From positions 64,001 through 128,000 of the forward strand of contig JBEKSC010000002.1 of NCBI GenBank assembly GCA_049517415.1: a stretch of DNA of 64,000 nucleotides, given 5' to 3'. Positions 60,022 to 64,000 of the stretch are shown piece after piece. Below the pieces are notes generated by a model. It had not been told where the DNA came from. It worked only from the letters and a program-made list of their open reading frames with translations, and did not search any database. Made by a program: the position numbers and the translations under genes. The DNA comes from Candidatus Bathyarchaeia archaeon. GTDB lineage: Archaea > Thermoproteota > Bathyarchaeia > 40CM-2-53-6. The stretch's first letter is position 1, and each line of letters starts with the position of its first letter.

Positions 60022-60294
60022 TTATTCGTATCCTCTCCCTCTGTGGAAGAGGTCGGTTATGTACACTACGTTGCCTTCGACCGCGTATATCGCCCGGTAA
60101 TCGCCAATTCTTAGACGAAAGAGGTCGTGTCTTCCTCTAGTTCCTCCCAACCTCATTATGTCCGCGCTCGATCTTGATTCGTATGGGTTTGCTTCTAGTG
60201 CACGTAGCCCATCTTTGATCCGTGCTTTCATTTTGGGTTCCATTCTCGATAGGGCTTTAGCAACTGTTCTGTGCAGCTTAACCTTGTATTGCAA
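60022..60294 (-). CDS. RelE/ParE family toxin
   Basis: YKVKL...V.K.L, FRLRIGDYRAIY, HRG..Y. Confidence 0.9.
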   Translation of the reverse strand: MQYKVKLHRTVAKALSRMEPKMKARIKDGLRALEANPYESRSSADIMRLGGTRGRHDLFRLRIGDYRAIYAVEGNVVYITDLFHRGRGYE

Positions 60295-60483
60295 TCATAG
60301 CTCATCCAGAGAGACAAACGCCTTTTTGTCTTTGAGGCGTTCGTATTGCCTTTCCATGAACTCTTCGTACACGGCCGACGACATCAACCGATTAAGGATC
60401 TGAGTGTACGTTTCGCCTTTCTTTCCCAGCGATCGCAAACGGTCCCTGGTCTCCTTTTCAACAGGAATAGTCGTAGTTGCCAT
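60295..60483 (-). CDS. antitoxin cognate to the RelE toxin
   Basis: TTIPVEKETRDRLRSLGKKGETY..IL.RL...FVSLDEL; abuts the toxin gene. Confidence 0.82.
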   Translation of the reverse strand: MATTTIPVEKETRDRLRSLGKKGETYTQILNRLMSSAVYEEFMERQYERLKDKKAFVSLDEL

Positions 60484-60634
60484 TAGGATCCATCAGGGAG
60501 GCGTTGGGTTATGAGTAACTATTAAAACTATAAGCAGTTTATAGCCCAGAAAAACGTCTAGAATTGGTTATAGAGAATAGGGATATCATTCCCGAAACGT
60601 TTCTCTCACTTAGGTTTCCTCGTTGAGCGTAGGG

Positions 60635-60690
60635 TATGGTTGACGAAGCCAGAGACCAGGCGTTAGTGTCTAGAACGAGTTTCGGTCTTC
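60635..60690 (-). pseudogene. remnant of a PIN toxin N-terminus
   Basis: KLVLDTN then frameshifted LVSGF, overlapping the AbrB stop. Confidence 0.5.
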
Positions 60691-60926
60691 GCTTCCTCGA
60701 TGAGTTCGCCTACTTCTTTTCCCGAGAGGCCCATTTCTTTGACGGCCCGCCAGATCGGTCTCGCTACCTCTTCAAAGGTCACCGAGGCCAGTTTCTTCAT
60801 GACTATGACGTCACCTATGGCGACCACAAGCAACTGCTCTCCCTCACGTACCTTCACAGCCCGCCGAACAGGCTCCGGAATCACAACCTGGCCACGGCAT
60901 GAAAGCCGCGTCGTGCCCGCAATCAT
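60663..60926 (-). CDS. AbrB/MazE/SpoVT family antitoxin
   Basis: TTRLSCRGQVVIPEPVRRA..V.EGEQL. Confidence 0.88.
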   Translation of the reverse strand: MIAGTTRLSCRGQVVIPEPVRRAVKVREGEQLLVVAIGDVIVMKKLASVTFEEVARPIWRAVKEMGLSGKEVGELIEEAKTETRSRH

Positions 60927-60933
60927 AAGTCAT

Positions 60934-60953
60934 AAGTAAGATTAATCTTACTT
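60934..60953. promoter_or_regulatory. perfect 20-bp palindrome upstream of the AbrB gene (putative operator)
   Basis: AAGTAAGATTAATCTTACTT. Confidence 0.7.
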
Positions 60954-61365
60954 TAATACTTCCCTCAAACCATCCCAGAAAAAGGATGTCTAGCATGTGT
61001 AATACACACCTAGCGGGTGAAAATATGGGACATCTACAAGCGGCTCTAAGCGTTTTCTCGCGTGTTCGCTTCATATTCTTACTCGGTTTGAATGAAAATG
61101 CTTGCAGAGGACATTAGAAGTTTCTTTAGAAAACTGCGACGTGATTCCTAGCGACTGATCTGCCGAAGAATTCTACTTGGTGGAACGAGGCTTCTGGCCC
61201 ACATGCACAGGTAAGACCATCTCGCCTAGTTAGCCGCTTCTCTGTAGTCCTGCACATCAACGTTCGCTACTCGGACGAACGACAAACAGCCACAACCGAA
61301 CAGAGCTCCCGAGAGGTTACATTGAAATGTTAATGTTTCATATGGACGGTTAGGGTGTAGTTATC

Positions 61366-62199
61366 TTGCGAATTTCCCCTGGTTTCCCTACAAGGTTTGT
61401 TTTTGTTCTCTCGGCGTTAAGCGGGGTCCTGTTCTTTTTGCTGTTCTCCCCGGTGGTCAGCCTCATTGGGTCAAGTAGTGTGGCAGGAGTAGTTCTCGCC
61501 ATGGGCAATAGCGAAGCGGTTTCAGCTATCGTGTTAACGGTTTACGCGTCTGGACTCACAGCTTTGGTAGCAGTGCTCTTGGGTGTTCCTCTCGGCTATC
61601 TGCTTGGGAAGTACCAATTTCCCGGAAGGTCGCTGATCGATTCAGTAATCGAGATTCCCCTCATGATTCCGCACACAGTTGCCGGAATCGCACTCATCAC
61701 GATATTCGGTTCAGCGGAACTCGTCGGGTCATTCTTCAGTGGATATGGAATCAAAATGACAAACAACATTCTCGGCATCGTTCTGACACTTGTCTTCGTC
61801 AGCGCCACCTACACCGTGAAGCAAGTTGAGGAGGCGATTAGATCCATGGACCCTAAACTGGAACTTGTTTCCCGAAGCCTAGGCGCATCTTCAACCTTCA
61901 CCTTTGTCAAGGTCACGTTGCCTAACATCTGGCGTTCAGTCGTTTCCGGCGCAATTTTGACATGGGCTAGGGCTTCGAGTGAGGTGGGCGCCCTATTCAT
62001 TATGGCATATTACCCACCCGTTGCTTCAATCTTGATTTGGAACCTCTACGCGGGTTACGGTCTCCACGAATCCATCTCAAACGGCGTTGTGCTCAGCCCA
62101 GGAGCAATCAACGTGGCGGCACTGATGATTTTCATCAACTTAGCGATCTTCGTCCTCTTCAAACTAATTCAAAGAAAGAGGGAGAAACGAAATGAGTGA
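61366..62199 (+). CDS. molybdate/tungstate ABC transporter permease (WtpB/ModB-like)
   Basis: GVPLGYLL, IPLMIPHTVAGIAL, RSLGAS, TWARASSEVGA. Confidence 0.88.
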   Translation: MRISPGFPTRFVFVLSALSGVLFFLLFSPVVSLIGSSSVAGVVLAMGNSEAVSAIVLTVYASGLTALVAVLLGVPLGYLLGKYQFPGRSLIDSVIEIPLMIPHTVAGIALITIFGSAELVGSFFSGYGIKMTNNILGIVLTLVFVSATYTVKQVEEAIRSMDPKLELVSRSLGASSTFTFVKVTLPNIWRSVVSGAILTWARASSEVGALFIMAYYPPVASILIWNLYAGYGLHESISNGVVLSPGAINVAALMIFINLAIFVLFKLIQRKREKRNE

Positions 62200-63247
62200 C
62201 GGAGTTGCGGTCCAGAACCTGTCACATTCATGGGGCCATTTCGCACTAACGAACATTAACCTCTCCGTCGCCCAAGGAAGCTACTTTGTCTTGCTCGGGC
62301 CTACAGGTTCCGGTAAGACCTTGCTCCTTGAGGCGATTGTAGGCGCCTACCGCCCTAGGGAAGGAAACATAATTGTGGACGGAGAAGACGTTTCCAGCCT
62401 CCCACCAGAGAAGCGCAAGATCAGTTACGCGCCGCAGAACTACCTCCTCTTTGATAATATGACCGTGCGAGGGAACGTTGAATTCGGCCTGCACGCCAAG
62501 GGGATCGCGGAAGAAGATCGCAAGAATCGCACAAAGCATCTACTAGACTTACTCGGAATCTCGCATCTCGCGAACCGTTTCCCGAGAAACTTGAGTGGCG
62601 GCGAGAGGCAGAGGGTTTCGCTGGCTCGTGCGCTAGTTGTGGAACCTCGCGCGGTTTTGCTCGATGAACCACTTTCTGCAGTGGACGCTGCGACGAAGAG
62701 TTCGATCCTTGATTATCTACGCCGCGTTCACAAGGAAACCGGTGTCACCGTCATCCACGTAACGCACGATCAGATAGAAGCTGCGACGGTTGCAGACAGA
62801 ATTGGTGTGATAAAGGACGGGAAAATGGTTCAAGTCGGCGCGCCAACAGATGTTATTGAGAGCCCTTCGACTGAGGTTGCATCAATGTTCAGGTCGGAGA
62901 ATTTGTTCGCCGGCAATGTAACACGAAAGGAGGCTAGCCTTGCTTTGGTCGAGATAGGCGACGGGAAGATCATTGAGGCTGTGACAGACCGGACAGGGCC
63001 GGTTATGCTTCACATTAGGCCTGAGGAGGTTGTGGTTTCCAAACATGCCGTCGACTCGAGCGCCCGCAATAGACTCTCGGGGACAGTGGCTGAGGTTACT
63101 GATCTAGGGCCGACTGTTAGACTGCGAATTTCGGGCGAGAAACGCATCATGGCAATAATCACCCGACGGTCGTTCTTTGAAATGCAGCTCAATATCGGGT
63201 CCGAAGTCCATGCCATCTTCAAGGCGACGTCAGTAGAAGTTCTTTGA
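62192..63247 (+). CDS. molybdate/tungstate ABC transporter ATPase with TOBE domains (WtpC/ModC-like)
   Basis: GPTGSGKT, LSGGERQR, LLDEP, SSARN.L.G, A.ITRRS, FKAT. Confidence 0.9.
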   Translation: MSDGVAVQNLSHSWGHFALTNINLSVAQGSYFVLLGPTGSGKTLLLEAIVGAYRPREGNIIVDGEDVSSLPPEKRKISYAPQNYLLFDNMTVRGNVEFGLHAKGIAEEDRKNRTKHLLDLLGISHLANRFPRNLSGGERQRVSLARALVVEPRAVLLDEPLSAVDAATKSSILDYLRRVHKETGVTVIHVTHDQIEAATVADRIGVIKDGKMVQVGAPTDVIESPSTEVASMFRSENLFAGNVTRKEASLALVEIGDGKIIEAVTDRTGPVMLHIRPEEVVVSKHAVDSSARNRLSGTVAEVTDLGPTVRLRISGEKRIMAIITRRSFFEMQLNIGSEVHAIFKATSVEVL

Positions 63248-63394
63248 AAGAGAAAGGAACATACGAAACACTCCTAACTGACGCGATTACCTTTGACGAG
63301 TTAAATGCACTCACCCGGCCGAGAAAATTCGCGAAGTGAGTCCAAGAAACACCACATTAATAGCGCCTGCGAGCGGATACTTTGCTGATGGCTG

Positions 63395-63864
63395 TTGGCT
63401 GTCGATATTCGGGTTAAACGGGCTCCCGCATACAGAGTAGCCTCTATGCTCCGAGTCGGGCCATACGACAGGAACATGCTCCGGGCTGAATTTAGCCAGC
63501 TTGTAAAATGGGCGAAGAAGAGAAAGCTTGGAACTGGGAAATGGATGTTGTATTTCATCGATGAGCCTGGTGGGCGTAGGCCCGCGAACAAGCTTCGGTC
63601 AGAAGCCTGCCTCCAAATCAAGGGCAGGGCGGAGAGCGAGGGGAAGATTAAGGTGAAGAAGCTTCCCGCACAAAAGGTCACCAGTGTCACGTTCAACCCT
63701 GACAAAGTCTCTCCCCGCTTAGTCTACTCGGGAATCTATGGATGGTTGAAGTGGGGGGGTTCAAGGACACGGTCACGGGCCGAGAAGTATACGTCGGAAA
63801 CCCTTGGCGCAACCCTCGTGCTTGGGTGAACACGGAAATTCAGGTTCCCGTGAAAAGAAAATAG
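63395..63864 (+). CDS. GyrI-like small-molecule-binding protein, frameshifted in a G7 run
   Basis: VGPY, YFIDEP, LRSEAC, Y..IYGWL; the C-terminus REVYVGNPW...TEIQVPV is in another frame after G7 at 63753-63759. Confidence 0.75.
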
Positions 63865-64000
63865 AGACAGCTTACTCAAATCCCAATCCGACGCTGCACC
63901 CAGCCGCCCAGTCTGGCCCATAGGGCGTGAGCTGAGTCAGTGATTACGGGCGCGTGTTTGATGCCTGCATTAGTGTCTCTAGCAGCTCGGTTACATCCGC

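Overview
Archaeal genomic window. Evidence: archaeal-type apgM, Lrp, Dph6-like ATPase, an intron-containing tRNA remnant, TATA-like promoters and many TTG starts. A Bathyarchaeia/TACK-type MAG is my inference, not established. Bases 1-33.6 kb are mostly housekeeping and catabolic genes: eno, apgM, pyk, a three-gene glutamate synthase-like cluster, a cis-3-hydroxyproline dehydratase-like enzyme, an OCD/DHDPS/epimerase/S9-peptidase block, an orphan amino-methyltransferase and a 14-repeat surface beta-propeller. Bases 33.6-40.2 kb are a decayed accessory zone (duplicated amrS fragment, truncated toxin, pseudo-tRNA). The main feature is an ~18.6 kb integrated element (40208-58850) bounded by a 17-bp direct repeat from a tRNA-Leu 3' end. 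Its integrase is frameshifted and its replication gene has in-frame stops, but its defence cargo is intact. The cargo is (i) a two-gene CBASS (CD-NTase + NucC, no HORMA/TRIP13) and (ii) a non-canonical DISARM-like locus: GHKL ATPase-nuclease, C5 methyltransferase, MIG-type T:G glycosylase, DrmA, DrmB, DrmC, an unknown 482-aa protein and a convergent small PD-(D/E)xK nuclease. TA modules and a Mo/W ABC transporter follow. All family calls come from motifs and recalled family sequences; no database search was run.
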